The notes beneath the pieces are model-generated. The model was given only the letters and a program-made list of their open reading frames with translations. It did not search any database and was not told the DNA's origin. This document shows, piece by piece, positions 11,786 to 25,720 of a stretch of 64,000 nucleotides of DNA. This stretch comes from Lama glama (Eukaryota), in assembly GCA_028534125.1 (NCBI GenBank), contig CM052832.1, forward strand, positions 21,454,001 to 21,518,000, in the 5' to 3' direction. The position numbers were made by a program, and so were the translations under genes. Positions within the stretch are counted from its first letter, which is position 1, and each line of letters opens with the position of its first letter.

Positions 11786-14034
11786 TGATGGAACAAAGCC
11801 TTTCTGTTTGTTAAGGACAGCTAATGTTTAATTGGCATTTCCACTGGCTAGGCCACTGTACAGAGCATTTTTCACATCTGATCCATCAAACAGCCCTGCA
11901 AGGTAGCTATTATGAGCCCTGTTTGACAGAGAAGGAGATTCAGTCTTGAGGTTAAATTTCGCTATGAAAGATCACATAGAGAAGCCAGGATCGGAAGGCA
12001 GGTGTGATACCCAAAGCTCCGAGCTTTATAACACACTACTTGTCCTTCCTTGCATGCTCAGGGCTGCCCCACCTGATTTTCAAGAAGAGGATCTCCACGA
12101 AGACCTGTCGGAGGACGACCGTAAAGGGCACACGCCCTGTGTCCTCTCCCAGCTTAGTGCTCAGAAGGTATCCATATTTCTGTCTCCTCTTTTAGTTCGT
12201 ACAAGAGCCAGGCCCGTCTTCATTATTTTCATTCCTAGTCTGAGCACTTCTTCCTCCCCCAAACCCTACTTCTACTCCATCATTAGGAAAACACCCGTCT
12301 TCCACAATCTAGTGCTGTAACAAGTTTTGCTGGAAGGAGGCAGCGCCCGCTGACCTCGGTGCGAATTAAAACATATCAAAGGGGCTGAGTTTTAAAGTTG
12401 TCGGACCTCCGTTTCCATGAGGAGGAACTCGTTCTTTCACTCATAGCCCAGCAAGAGATCAGCAGCCTGAAATCACTTTGACAGTGTCCGTTGCTCTACT
12501 GCGTACACGGGGAATTTTAATTCCAGCCTGTGAAATTGTAATTGCTTCTCAAGGAGAAGCGAGGGATCCTGGGTAATGGCCGCAGCCCAGCTCCATGTCA
12601 GAGCTGCCCGTTGCTGCCACACCACATATTACTTGCTGTTATTCAAAAATCACTCCAGCTTTCCATACTGGAAGTCGAACTGGAGAGTGAGAGTAAATTA
12701 ACAGAAACTGTCAGCTGTTCAGAACAGCACAGACAGCAGTGTGACAGAGGTGAGTGACCGCCCATCAAAAAAGGTAACTTTTTCCCTTTTCCTGGTTAAG
12801 ATAAAGAGTTTCACAAACAAATTTCATTACTTAAGGTATGCATCTAAATGATGCCACTATTAAGCAAAAAATTATCTGGTCCATGGCATGATAGGATTAA
12901 AGCTGCCAATTTCTATCCACTCCTTCCTGGAAAGAGCAGGGGGGCAGGGGAGGGGGAAGTGGCCCCAAAGAGTAATTAAAATAATGAAGATAGCAAGTCC
13001 ATGTCAGGTTGATGTTTGCAATGGATTAAAATTACCCGCTATCAAAGTTAAACTGTCTGAGAAATTGCTTCCTGGCTATGTTTGGAAGAAAGAGAATTTG
13101 GAGCTACCACATCTGATTACAAAACATTTAGAGACAGAGAAAATTATCAGCAAAGGGAAAACTTGTTACCTGCCACCTTCTGAAGATAGGGGATGTTCTG
13201 ACAAGAACTGAGTCATTCTAAAATTAAATTTTTTTTTTTTCCTACAGAGGGTCGGAAAGAAAAGAGAAGGGACTAAATACAATTGCTTAGGAAAATAGAC
13301 GCAGTCTACGGAATGACTTTATTTTTTAGACATTAGATAAAATTCAGATGTGGACTTTACTGTTCCTCACTTGATGATTTTTTAGGGCAAATTTTAGGCA
13401 TTAGATTTCCCTCTTCCGATGAAAGGAAACTTGCCCTTAGAAGGTCCTTCCTCCTGGGATAGCTTCTGTTAAAGACAGGTATCACCCGCTCTGTCTCCTC
13501 TCCACTAGTCCTCTACCCCAATCTCCTCAAACTCTACCCACCTCTCTGCTTCCCCTCATCTTTCAGCAGTCTGGTTTATACCCCTTGCTTGCCCCACAAT
13601 CTCATGACACCCGCCCTTGCCTCTTTCAATGGACTTGGCATTCTTTAGAAAGCCTTCAGGGACCTCCCCAGCCCAGGTTAGATGTCCCTCCTGCGCTCGG
13701 ATGATTCCCTGTACTTTCTACCTCGAGTAGCTGGAATACAGTTGCCCCTCGGCGTCACAAAGGTAGGGGCGGTGTCTGTCCTGTTCACTTCTTTTATCCC
13801 AGTGCCAAGTGCAGTGCTTGACACATAGTAAGTACTCACCAAACATCTGCCAAGTTGTCCTTCCCTTTCGGAAAGTCTTCGTCCAGGAGGGGTTTTGTTC
13901 CTCCCAGTGCCCTCACCCGACCCTGAGCACCTCCTGTGTTCATGGTCTCAGTACCTCTGCTTGTGCCCTGCCCACCCTCTCGTCTGACACATACTGATGG
14001 ACGCGGTAGGCCCCCACACACTCTAGCTTGGGAG

Positions 14035-14250
14035 CAGTGAAGCAAACTGGTGAAGAACAGGACTCCAGGACCCGATTGCCTGGGTTATCATCCTGGCTCT
14101 GCCACTTACCAGCTAATGACCTTGGACCAGCCACCTCTCTGTGCCTCAGTTTCCTCACCTGGAATAATTATTCAGGGTGGCTGTGAGGGTGAGATAAGCT
14201 AATACCTGTAAAGTGCTTGAGAAAGTGCCTGGCTCTGTGTAAATGGTCGC
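14035..14250 (+). mobile_element. MIR
   Basis: cctgggtt...tcctggctctgccacttaccagct...ctctctgtgcctcagtttcctca...tgtaaagtgctt. Confidence 0.85.
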
Positions 14251-14251
14251 G

Positions 14252-14313
<62 letters not shown>
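14252..14313 (+). repeat. (TGA)~20 microsatellite at the MIR tail
   Basis: Perfect trinucleotide run. Confidence 0.98.
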
Positions 14314-17300
14314 GTTTACTTCTGCTATTACTGCCTCGGGCATTATAGGTATTTTGGCTACTGCTTCCATTTGCTTCGACTCTTACGGCAATCCGACCAA
14401 CCCTGGTGCATGATTTCTAAAACCAATGATGGCAAAGTACAATGACTTCGGCTTCCTCCAAAGCAGTGGTCCAGGGCCCTTCTCCTTATTTCTGGTCCAC
14501 TCCAGGTCCTCCTGCCGTTTTCATTGCTGGAACTTAGCGTCAACTTCCTGTTGCTGCTCCAAGAACAGAACAGAGCCTCGGGGGTGTCTCCTAGCTCCAG
14601 TCACAAAGGCCTCAAATTTTAACCCCAGCCACTAAGTGCTGAGAAATTTTCACTGTGACAGAGGATGAATTAGGGTGTTTCATCTTTTAAAGTTGTCTAT
14701 AATGGAAGGCAATGTTCATGGTCACAGAATTAGGGAATGAGAAACCAACCCCTGAGCACTGAAACATTGGATTGTCCTGGGTCCACAGGGCTGTCAGTGA
14801 CTCTAGCGGGCGCTCTACGACCTGCGTGCACTGGACAATCAGAGGCTGCTGCAGCCAATCTGGCCCAACCAAAGGTACCAAACGTGGTGGACAGTAAATG
14901 CGGCCCTTGGGTCAGTTTGAGAAGGAAAATGTGGAAGTCCATACTGCTCTGGGTATGGGGAAGGCAGAGATTCCAGATTCCAGAGATTCCTTCAAGAAGA
15001 GTGATCACTATCTTACCAAATATAACACAGTTGTAGCAAAGACTGGATGAACTCAGGAGTCTAAGGAATATGAATTTTAAAACTTCACTCAGGTTTCTTT
15101 TGAGAACTCAGCTTTGGATAACCCCATTGCAGTGGAGAGACAAAAGTCAGTGTGGGTCAGTTCAGCACAGTGTCCCCCACTGCCTTCTCTCTGGAGCTGG
15201 GACTAAGAACTCAGGGGATGGAGACAGTTGCAGGGGACACCTCTGGCCCAAGCTGGCATCGGGCTGCACAGGCCGTCTTAGCCATGAGGGATACGTTCAG
15301 ATACACTCAGTTATGATACAGCTCTGGACACACGTAAGTCCCAGTCCCAAAGCATCTCAACACCAAAATGACCACTTGGGCTCCCTGCTCAGAAATGCCC
15401 CAGACTAGAGGAGTGGATCTTAGGCAAGTCACTGAACTCCTCCTCACCTCAGTTTCACCCTGTAAGGTGAGGCGGTCCATCTCTAAGGTTTCTAAGAGCC
15501 CTTCTTGCTCTTCCCTTAGGTGGATGATCTTCAGGGTTCACCACCCCAGCTTTTCAAGCAAGACCAAGTCCTAGGGGAAGCGGAGAGACACACACATCAT
15601 CAAGTGCTGAGAAAGAGCAGTCCTCCTGTGTGACTCAAATCTCAACTCAAATTTCCAACATTACTGGAGGAAAGTTTAAACTCCCTGACACATCGCAGAG
15701 AACCAGAGGCTGTTTAGGACTGGTTACCAGAAGGCAGCTGGTGGTGACTTCCCAGGGGTCTCTCCTTGTGCCTTCAGTGTTGGGTTGCCACAAGTTTTGC
15801 TTTCAATATTAACTGGCGTTGCTGCAGCTCCTCAGATAGACAGCTTCACTTTGCCACAGAGCATGAGGGAAAGCTGGTGTTAATTTGCTTCCCTCCTACC
15901 CCCTACTTTCCTTTTGATTTGTGTCTTAAGGCATTAAAAATATTCTTCAACAACCTGAAATACCTGAAATGCAACATTTTTAGCTAGTGAATTTTCCTGT
16001 AATTTCTATAATTCTGATTGCTCAAGGCAAGCTGGTTGGGTAAGATTAGATTTATTTTTAGACTGGGATCCAACTAACTTGTGCTTTTTGTAAGACTGCT
16101 TTGGAACTTTCAACCTTTCTAACCTCAAAAATCTTAGAGGATGCTGTGTGAAGAGGGAAAAAGAGAAGGGATCTTAATTGGAGGCTTGAGAATCTTACCC
16201 TGTGTGGATGGGGTTAGAGATCTTACACTTAGGAGATACATAGGAGAATGAAAACTATTGGAAAATCAGAGACAAAACAGATATAAAAATAGGAAAGGTG
16301 AGAAGCGGTCAAGGGCAGACCTTTCAGAGGCATGTGGGTCATTCTTTTCGATGACACAAAATCCAACCCATCTTGAATGCGTCTCCATGTAAAACATTTA
16401 AAAGTGGATTTCAGAAGCCCCTTGCTTTCTCTAGATGGGACCCAGACTCTATAAGCCCCACCCCTTGGTTCATTTTCTGTTTGGCTTCTGATTTTACTCT
16501 TGGATAGGGAGCGAAATGAGACGTGATGTTGACTATTCACCGTTGTTTCCTGTGTGAGAGATTATGGCCTAATCAAGTTTACTTCCTCAGGCCCAAAACA
16601 TGCAGGAGTTGAAACCAAATTATAGCCCAGTTTTTCCAGTCCTATAGATATGACAAGTGTTAACACCTCCATGGGCCAATAATCAGGAATTTAGAGTTTC
16701 CCTGTGGAGTTTGGAATTGAGGAGAGTGGACTGTGAGGGTTCAAGGGCAGCAGAAGCCTTTCCTTTGTATCTCAAATGAGACCACGCAAAGCTGCGAAAT
16801 CGCAGTGGCTGAAAAACCAAAAAAATAGAGAAACAAAACACCAGGAGTGTCTGCTGTCTCAGATCCCGGCCCGAGATAGTTCTCCCGGGCGGCCTTTTAG
16901 TTAAGTATATTCAGATCCATTTACTGAGAATAGAGCCTGTGAGTTCTTAACTGAACAGCTGTCTTCATAGAATTTGAGATACAGAAGATCAAACCCAGAA
17001 AGCTGGAGTCACTCATTTGAATCACAGTAGATAAGCCGAGAAGGTAGCAGGTGTTGGCAGGACAGAGGGTTGCTAGGTCCCCAGAAGCCCTTGAGTGTGG
17101 GAGTGCCAAAGCGAGGATTAAGGATCACACATGCTGAGCTACAAAGACAGGAGCTTGATTCTTACCGAGGCACTTTCTTAAATTGAAATAATGATGGGAC
17201 CCACACATCCAGTTCCACTGTATGTTACAGCAACAACTATGAAACAAATAGACCCCCAAATCTGCAATACTGCTGTCAGTAATAGCAATGATAAGAACCA

Positions 17301-17754
17301 TCACCAACCGGCTAAGCTGATGCTTGCTAATGGTTCTCTTGGAAGCGGACAGAGGTAAAAGACTCAAAACCGAGGACAGACATTTAACTCTCCCTAAGCC
17401 TGGCTTCACAGTCCCTGAAAAGTGATCACGACATTGTACGTTTCCAAAAGTGTCAGTATAGGGTCAGGCAAGGGGAGACGACTGGCCTGGATCATCGACA
17501 GGAGAAGCCATCCTCCAGGCAGGCACTGCGTGTCTTTCCGAACAGGATGCTCTTCAGAGTCTGCAATGTTTAGAAGCCTGTTTGGATGCCTATAGTGGCT
17601 CTTCTCTGACTATCAGATAAAGTCTAAATACTTTTGAATGAGATCAAAACTTTTCTCAACCTGAGCTTATTTCTTAGTCTAATTTCCAGGCGCTCCTCTT
17701 GGATATCCTTCACTCTAGCTACACTACTTCACCATACACTTTTATACTATAATG

Positions 17755-20700
17755 CGACTTTTATTTTGGTAAAATATGCGTAACATAAAATTGATCATTT
17801 TCACAATTTGTAAGTGTATGATTCAGTGGCACTAAATACATTTATAATGCTTTGTTAGCATCACCATCATCTATATGTAAAACTTTCATCGTACCAAACA
17901 AAAACTCTGCACCCATTAACAATAACTCCCACTTTCCTCCTGCCCTCAGCTCCTGGTAGCCTCTACTCTATTTTCTGTCTCTGTGAATTTATCTCCTCTA
18001 GGTACTTCAATATAAATGGTATCATACAATATTTGTCCTTCTGTGTCTGGCTTATTTCACTAAGCATAATGTTTTCAAGGGTCATCCATGCATGTGTCAT
18101 AATTTCACTCCTTTTTATGTGAGTAATATTCCATTGTACACATAAACTACCTTTTGTTCATGTATTCATCCATCAATGTATATTTGGGTTGGTTCCCCCT
18201 TTTCACTGCTGTGAATAATACTGCTGTGAACAACAGTATGATGATGTCTTTTAGAGTCCCTGCCTTCAATTCTTTCAGATGTATAATTAGTAGTGGAATT
18301 GGTTGGTCATGGGGTAGTTCTAGGTTTCAGTTTTGAAGAACTGCCGAACTATTTTCCACACTGGCTGAACCATTCTACATTTCCACCAATAATATATGAC
18401 GTTTCCAACTATCCACCTCCCTGTCAACATTTGTTATTTTTTAATTTAATTTGATTTTTCTTTTTAGTTGCAAAGTAACGATGTTGAATATCTTTTCATG
18501 TGCTTATTGGCCAAGCATGTAACTTTTTTGGAAAAATGTCTCCTCAAACCTTTTAAATATTCAGTTTGATTGTTTGCTTTTTAATTGTTGAGTTATAGAA
18601 GTTCTTTATAAAATCTGAATATTAATCTCTGGTCAGAGATATGATCTGTAAATATTTTCTCCCATTCTGTCTTTTTGCTTTCTCAGTAGTCTCTTGACGC
18701 ACACAAGTTCTTTTTTTTTTTTAACATTTTTTATTGATTTATAATCATTTTACAATGTTGTGTCAAATTCCAGTGTAGAGCACAATTTTTCAGTTATACA
18801 TGAACATATATATATTCATTGTCACATTTTTTTCTCTGTGAGCTACCATAAGATCTTGTGCATATTTCCCTGTGCTATACAGTATAATCTTGTTTATCTG
18901 TTCTACAATTTTGAAATCCCAGTCTATCCCTTCCCACTCTCCGCCCCCTTGGCAACCACAAGTTTGTATTCTGTCTATGAGTCTATTTCTGTTTTGTATT
19001 TATGCTTTGTTTTTCTTTTTTAGATTACACATATGAGCGATCTCATATGGTATTTTTCTTTCTCCTTCTGGCTTACTTCACTTAGAATGACATTCTCCAG
19101 GAGCATCCATGTTGCTGCAAATGGCGTTATGTTGTCAGTTTTTATGGCTGAGTAGTATTCCATTGTATAAATATACCACATCTTCTTTATCCAGTCGTCT
19201 GTTGATGGACATTTAGGCTGTTTCCATGTCTTGGCTATTGTAAATAGTGCTGCTATGAACATTGGGGTGCAGGTGTCATCCTGAAGTAGGGTTCCTTCTG
19301 GATATATGTCCAGGAGTGGGATTCCTGGGTCATATGGTAAGTCAATTCCTAGTCTTTTGAAGAATCTCCATACTGTTTTCCACAGTGGCTGCAACAAACT
19401 GCATTCCCACCAGCAGTGTAGGAGGGTTCCTTTTTCTCCACAGCCTCTCCAGCATTTATCATTTGTGGATTTTTGAATGATGGCCATTCTGACTGGTGTG
19501 AGGTGATACCTCATTGCAGTTTTGATTTGCATTTCTCTGATAATTAGTGATATTGAGCATTTTTTTCATGTGCCACAAGTTCTTAATTGTGATAAAGTCT
19601 AGAATTTTTCTTTTGTTGACTGTACTTTCAGGGTCACATCTATGAAACTGTTGCCAACTGCAATGCCATGAAGATTTCCCCCAATGTTTTGTTCCCTTGT
19701 AAGAGTTTTATAATTTTAACTCAAGTTTACTTTAGTCTTTTATCCATTCTGAGTTAATGTTCATATGTGGATATGTAGTTTTCCCAACACCATTTGTTGA
19801 AAAGACTGTTCCGTCTCTACTGAATGATCTTGGCACCCTTATCAAAAATCAACTGGTCATTTATGTAAAGAATTTTTTCTGAGATCTCTATTCTACTCTA
19901 TTCATCTATATGTCTATTCTTACACGAGTACTATACTGTTTCAAGTGCTGTAGCCATGTTGTAAGTTTTGAAGTTGGAAAGTGTGCACGGTGAAAGCGTT
20001 CTTACAAATTTATTCTCCTTTTTCAAGATCGTTTTCAGTAGTTGGGGGCCTCCTGAAATTCCATATGAATTTGAGAGTTGGCTTTTCCATTTCTGCAAGA
20101 AAGGCTATTTCAACAGGGATTGCACTGAATCTGTAGCTCACTTTAGGTAGCACTAACATATTAGCATGTTAAATCTTCCTATCTATGAGCATTGGGTATC
20201 TTTCCATTTATTTAGATACATAAAATTTTCTTTCAGCAATGATTTCTAGTTTTCAGCATACAAATCTTTTACCCCTTTGTGAGATTTATTCCTCAGCATT
20301 TAATTCTTTTAGATGCTATCATAAATGGAATTGCTTTCTGAATTTCTTTTTTTGGATTGTTCATTGCTGGTGTATGGAAACTGATTTTTGTGTGTTGATC
20401 TTATAATCTACAACTTTGCTGAGTTTGCTTATTAGCTCTAGTAGCTTTCTTGTGGATGCTTTGGAATTCTCTGTACATGGGACCATCATGTCATTTGCAA
20501 ATATAGTTTTACCTCTTCCTTTCCAATTTGGATGCCTTTTCTTTCTTTTTCTTGGCTACCAGCTCTCCCTAGAACTACTAATACAATGTTGAATATCAGC
20601 GGTGAAGGTGGGCATCCTTGCTTGTTCCTGATCTTAGGAGAAAGCTTTCAGTTTTTCCCCACTGATACGTGTTACCTGTGGGTTCTTCATAAATACCATG

Positions 20701-21180
20701 CTGAGGAACTGCTCCTCTATTCCTAATTTTCTAAGAAGTTTTTATCATGAAAAGGTGTTGGGTTTTTGTCAGATGCCTTTACTGTTTCAGCTGAGATGCT
20801 CACATGTCCCCCCAGTTCTTAAAATATTAATGTGATGTGTTACATTGATTGATTTTATGTTGACTCACCCTTGTATTCCTGGGGTAAGTCCCACTTGTTC
20901 ATGGTAAATAATCTTTTAATATGCTGTTGAAATTGATTTACTAATATTTTATTGAGTATTTCTGCCAACCAAAATTCCCTATAAATATAGATGCAATTTT
21001 CTTTTGTTATGGCGTCTTTCTCTGGCTCTGATATCAGGGAAATGGCTTGCCTTGTAGAATGAGTTAGGAAGTCTCCCCTTTCATTTTTTGAAAGAGTTTG
21101 AGAAGAACTAGTGTTAATTATTCTTTAAATGTTTGATAGAATTAACCTATAAATCCATCTGCTCCTGGATTTTTCTTTCT
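17755..21180 (-). mobile_element. Old L1 (L1MB-like) 3' portion, interrupted by a younger L1
   Basis: T-rich antisense L1 ORF2/3'UTR sequence (caacaccatttgttgaaaagact, ggtgggcatccttgcttgttcctgatct) with no long ORF. Confidence 0.85.
18713..19573 (-). mobile_element. Young 5'-truncated L1 with an open ORF2 C-terminus (19020-19532)
   Basis: 170-aa open frame ...[18 protein letters not shown]...[21 protein letters not shown] and a poly(A) tail. Exact TSD cacaagttctt at 18702-18712 and 19574-19584. Confidence 0.95.
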
Positions 21181-22908
21181 TCCTGCTAGTCAGTGGGGAA
21201 AGTCTAGTGTTTAAGGGAAAAAAGTCTTACTGCAAAGTATTTTCTTAAGAGAGCCAAGGTCCATGAACGAATTTTCCCAGGGACCCCTATCAACACATCC
21301 ACTTCAATCTTATGCTTCCCTCGCTAGATATGTTTAAATTACTTTCTGGTTATTTTTAAACAAATTAAACCTGCAAGAATAAAAACATTACACAAATTCC
21401 TCCTGCAAAGGCAAAGATTCACAAGATAGTACGAGGAATTACTTTCAGGATTGAGTGTCATCAGACTCAGTCCAAAGTAACTCTTTGAGGGAGGTAACAC
21501 TCACTTCACAAGGAAGCTGTAGTCTGCAATTAGACTCACTACCTCATTGCATATGTATCCATTACATGGACGGTAGGCTTTAGGTCACAGAGGTTGGGCC
21601 CAACTACACTGAGCCGTAAGTAAACAACTTAGTTTATATCTATTTGAAAATCTTTAGGTCTGTTTAAAAACCACATGTGTTCTATTTCTCTTTATGGAAA
21701 TGGGGGGTTAAAAATGAAAGTTGAAAGCTTGGACTTTGGAATCAGACAGTCTGGGATAACATCTATAGTTCTTATGATTAATTACGCGTATTAAAAGCAG
21801 ATTAGATAAACTCAAGAGGTAAAATTCCCAGTTCTTCAGGCTTTTCTGAACCCCAGGCTTTCCCTTACCTTGATCCAAGGTTCCTGGGTCCTCTTCCCAC
21901 ATTCTTTTCTGGGCATTTGCCTCATCAGTCCTTCTAAGTATATTCAGATGCCCATAAACTAGGAAAACCTAATAAGAGGCCAAATGAAACTCCTTGCTTC
22001 AACGGCTACACAGTTGGGATATTTTGGCCACAGAACTCTAGGAAGCAGTACTGGTAGGAAATAATTGACAGAAAACTAATGAAGAATAATAGCGTCTGCA
22101 TTTCCTTTACCCCCAAGGTAGGGCTGGGGAGGGCATGACTTCTAGGCCTCCCTATTAATCTCTTTGCTCTTTTCATCTTTGGCCATGGAAAAATCTCCTT
22201 CTTGATCTTAGGTCGCCCCCCCAAATCTGTGCTCCCCAGAAGTCATTAACTTGAGTTCCTCAAATACAGCTGCAACTCATTTTCTCTGAACTTCCCTTCC
22301 TTTGCTGCATTTGCTAGAATTAGACACTACATCCCTTGAGGCAGGAATCTTTTTATTCCATATATAGTGCTTTTGGGTGGTCATGTGTTAATATCAAAAT
22401 TTAAAACACCTAACCGTGTTTACAAAATTGGTTTTCATGTTTAAATGGCTAAAGGAATCATGAAAGGGGAAGAAACAACGTGTGCCAAGGACCCACTGTT
22501 TGACTCTTGTGATCTCACTTCATCTTTCAATGACCCGGCAATGGAACTTTGTCCCTGCCTCACCAATGAGGCTCAGAAGGAGGAAGTGGTCTGGCTGCAA
22601 ATTTAAACCAAACTTTTGTTGATGTCAAAAATCTCATGCTCTTTCCCTATACTATCTGTCTCAGATTTGTAGGGAAAACAATTGAGATCTGAATCCCAGT
22701 TGCTTCAGATCCTTAACTCTTTTATGGTTCCTTAACTCAAAGTTTATGGTTTCCACATCATAAAAATCAAGCTCAGTAGTAGAGCAGGCATAAACAGGTG
22801 TTACTGATGAATCAACTTTCAAAAACTAAAAATATTTTGAGAAATGATTAGGACTCCAGATGAATATAAACTTGGCATGGGTCCTCTAGATTGAGTTGTA
22901 CCATAGAG

Positions 22909-23590
22909 CAGAGGTTTCTCAGGTTTCTTCATTCATGGTACCCCTCAGCCAAAAGAAATGGCCAACCAGTCTGTTTATTAAGTTAGTAGGTCTAACAACA
23001 TAATAAATACTTGTGTCTTAATAATTCATAAAAGTTGTTTGAAAAAAATAATACGTGTTACTGTGCAGTGAAGGGAGTACAGTATTATAATAACTTTATA
23101 TTATAATATATTCTATAAAAATATCAATCCACTATGTTGTACCCCTGAAACTAATACAATATGGTAAGCCAACTATAATTCAATGCACATTTTTAAAACT
23201 TAAAAAAATACATGTAAATTAAAATAAATGTATCTTTATTTCATTCTAAAATTACCATAATTACCTACGAATGAAAGGTGTGCATCTGTTGGGCACTGTA
23301 CAACTTCTCAAACCTTGAATTAACATCACCCTCATTTCTTGTTACACATTGATTTTCAGTTGATACTTGCCTGTTACCCCAGCAACTGCCTTAGGTCCGG
23401 TCTTGCAAAGATACGGTAACATCAGAAAATCTTACACATTTTAATGTTGAAACTGTGAACTATTTTGAGCTAACAGTTTGTTTGGTATCTGACAGATGTC
23501 GCGGCGCTTCCCACAAAAATTTAAAATATCCCATGGCGCTCCTATGAGTTCACTACAGCACCTTGGGGTGCCCAGGGGCCAAGCAAGCCT
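22909..23590 (-). mobile_element. hAT-Charlie MER119-like element containing a short L1 3' tail (~23059-23205, +)
   Basis: Motifs gttgggcactgtacaacttctcaaaccttg, aatgttgaaactgtgaacta and aaatttaaaatatccc. The inserted tail is tgtacccctgaaactaatac. Confidence 0.75.
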
Positions 23591-24499
23591 TAAGAATATC
23601 GTTTATCCCTTCTTTTTTCTTCTTTCACTCCCTCCTTTCTTTCCTTTTCTGCTGCTCTCTCCCTTCTTCATTTATCTCCCATGCTTATTTTATAACGATA
23701 AAAACTCTTGAAGCTTCATCTGTAACTCTAATTCTCTCTCCATGACATCTTACAATAGACACTAAAATTTCAACCTGGAGTGAAGTCAATGGAAAAGCCT
23801 CTGTTCTGACTGAACGACATACGGAAATCTGATGTTTCGACACATTTTCCCAGCAACAAAGCAAAGTTTCAGCAAAGAATTTTAACATTATACTATTGAC
23901 AGTTTTGCACTTGATGAACCAGGGAAGAATGGGAAAGAGAGGGAGAAAGAGGGAGGAAGGAAGTAAGAGAAAAGAAACTTGAGTAATAAATATTTTAAAA
24001 GTACATCCAGAACCATGCAGATTCTTGGAGCAGGATGATACAGAGGGAGAGTCCGGGCCCCCTCATAACCCAGGCACCCACGGGGTCAATCTTAGATCCA
24101 CATCTGTTGGCACAAGTCAAGCTGAGGTGGAAGAGAGTCTTGGGAGCAGGAAGAGTGCACAGCATTGGAGCCAAGACTCTGGAGTCAGGTCCTGCTTTTA
24201 TGACTTAGTAGCTCTGTGATCCTTCCAAGTTACTTAATCTTGTGAGTTTTAGATTTTTTTTTCTCAGTAAAATGGGAATAATAAAATGTATCTCAAGGCT
24301 GTGTTTTCAAGACTGATAAACACTTGTAAAGTGCACATCATTTTGTCTGACATGTTTAAAGGGTAGACGGTTGATGGCTATCAGTATTATCATTATTATC
24401 AAAATCGGGCTGACTCATGGATGAGAGACAACAGAGACAAGGTCTGCTGAACAAAGTCAAAGGTACAGAGAGGAGAAACAGTGAGGAGAATGTCAGGGT

Positions 24500-25135
24500 T
24501 CACCTCAGCAAGCGGACTGCGTTCACAACTCTCAGACAGAGTTGATGGGAATGTAAATTAGTCCAATCACTTGAAAACACCACTTGGCAGTGTGTACTAA
24601 AGCTGAGCATGTGCAAATGCCCCAACTTAGCAATTCCACTCCTTGATCTAAGTTCACACAAATGCATGTTTTTGTGTACCAAAACACGAATTATAGCATC
24701 ATTATTCTAGTAGCCAAAAAATTAGAAGTAACTCAAAAGTAGAATGGATAATTACAATGCGGTATATTCACACAACAGAATTCTAATCAGCAACGAAAGT
24801 GAATGGACTACTGCCACACACAACCTGGATGCATCTCACAAGCAACGTTGAGCAAAAGAAGGCAGACGCAAAGCAGCGCATGGTGTATGACTCTGTTACA
24901 GGGAGACCAATTTAGGATGTTAGAAGTAAAGATAGTAGTTACCTTTTGAGGGACAGAGTTAATGGCTGGGAAGGTGCATGGGGAGTCTACTGGTGCTGGT
25001 TACCATGTGTGTTCTTTTTTTGAAAATGCATCAAGCTGTCTCCCCCTGATTTATCTATGTGCATTTAGGTACATGTATTTATGTACACATATCTGCATTT
25101 TCCTATGTTTGTTTTACTCTAATAAACAATTTAAG
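24500..25135 (+). mobile_element. Old L1 3' end (L1ME/MC-like)
   Basis: gatgggaatgtaaattagtccaatcactt, agcaattccactcctt, ggatgcatctcaca. Confidence 0.75.
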
Positions 25136-25169
25136 AAAAAAATCGGCCAAAATACCGAAAAGATCTTAC

Positions 25170-25720
25170 CATAGAATTTGTCTCCTGGTCTGTCCCTCCC
25201 ACGCCACCCCTGAATTCATGTTGAAAGCCAATCCCCAAAGTGATGGTGGGAAGTGAGGCCTTTGAAAGGTGATTAGGTCATGAGGGCTGAGCCCTCATGA
25301 ATGTGATAAGGCATAAGAACAGCTACGTTCATAAACTGTGATTACAAACAGGTTGATTATCCTCTCGTGCCTGACTGTATCTGTCAGGGTAGGCTGCGTC
25401 ATGCCACAGTAAGAGCTCCCAAATCTCAGCGACTCAGCGGAACACAAGTTCCGTTCTTGCTCTACGCGTGTCTGGCACACGCAGGCAGGACGCTCTGCCC
25501 CTCGCACTCCCTGAGGCAGTCAGACTGAGGAAGCTTCATCCTGACACGTGTGTCCATAATCGCCTCCGCGGTGGGAAGAGTACGTGGCAGACTGGATATG
25601 AACACGTCTGTCCAAAGAAAGACATGACCTTTCCACTCCCACTGCATAGGCTAAAGCAGCTCACGTGGCCAGGCCTAACCCCAGAGGGGCAGATGTGCAG
25701 CCGCCCTGTGGGCAGAAGGA
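25170..25720. mobile_element. MaLR LTR fragments (MLT1A/MST-like, then MLT1J-like)
   Basis: aggtgattaggtcatgagggctgagccctcatgaatg, then tctgtcagggtaggct...ttccactcccactgcatagg. Confidence 0.6.

Noticed and set aside
14155..14445. Poly-His and poly-Met ORFs
   Set aside because: They are translations of a (TGA)n microsatellite at a MIR tail, with no splice or homology support.
19020..19532. 170-aa ORF as a host gene
   Set aside because: It is the C-terminus of L1 ORF2 in a 5'-truncated copy with no promoter.
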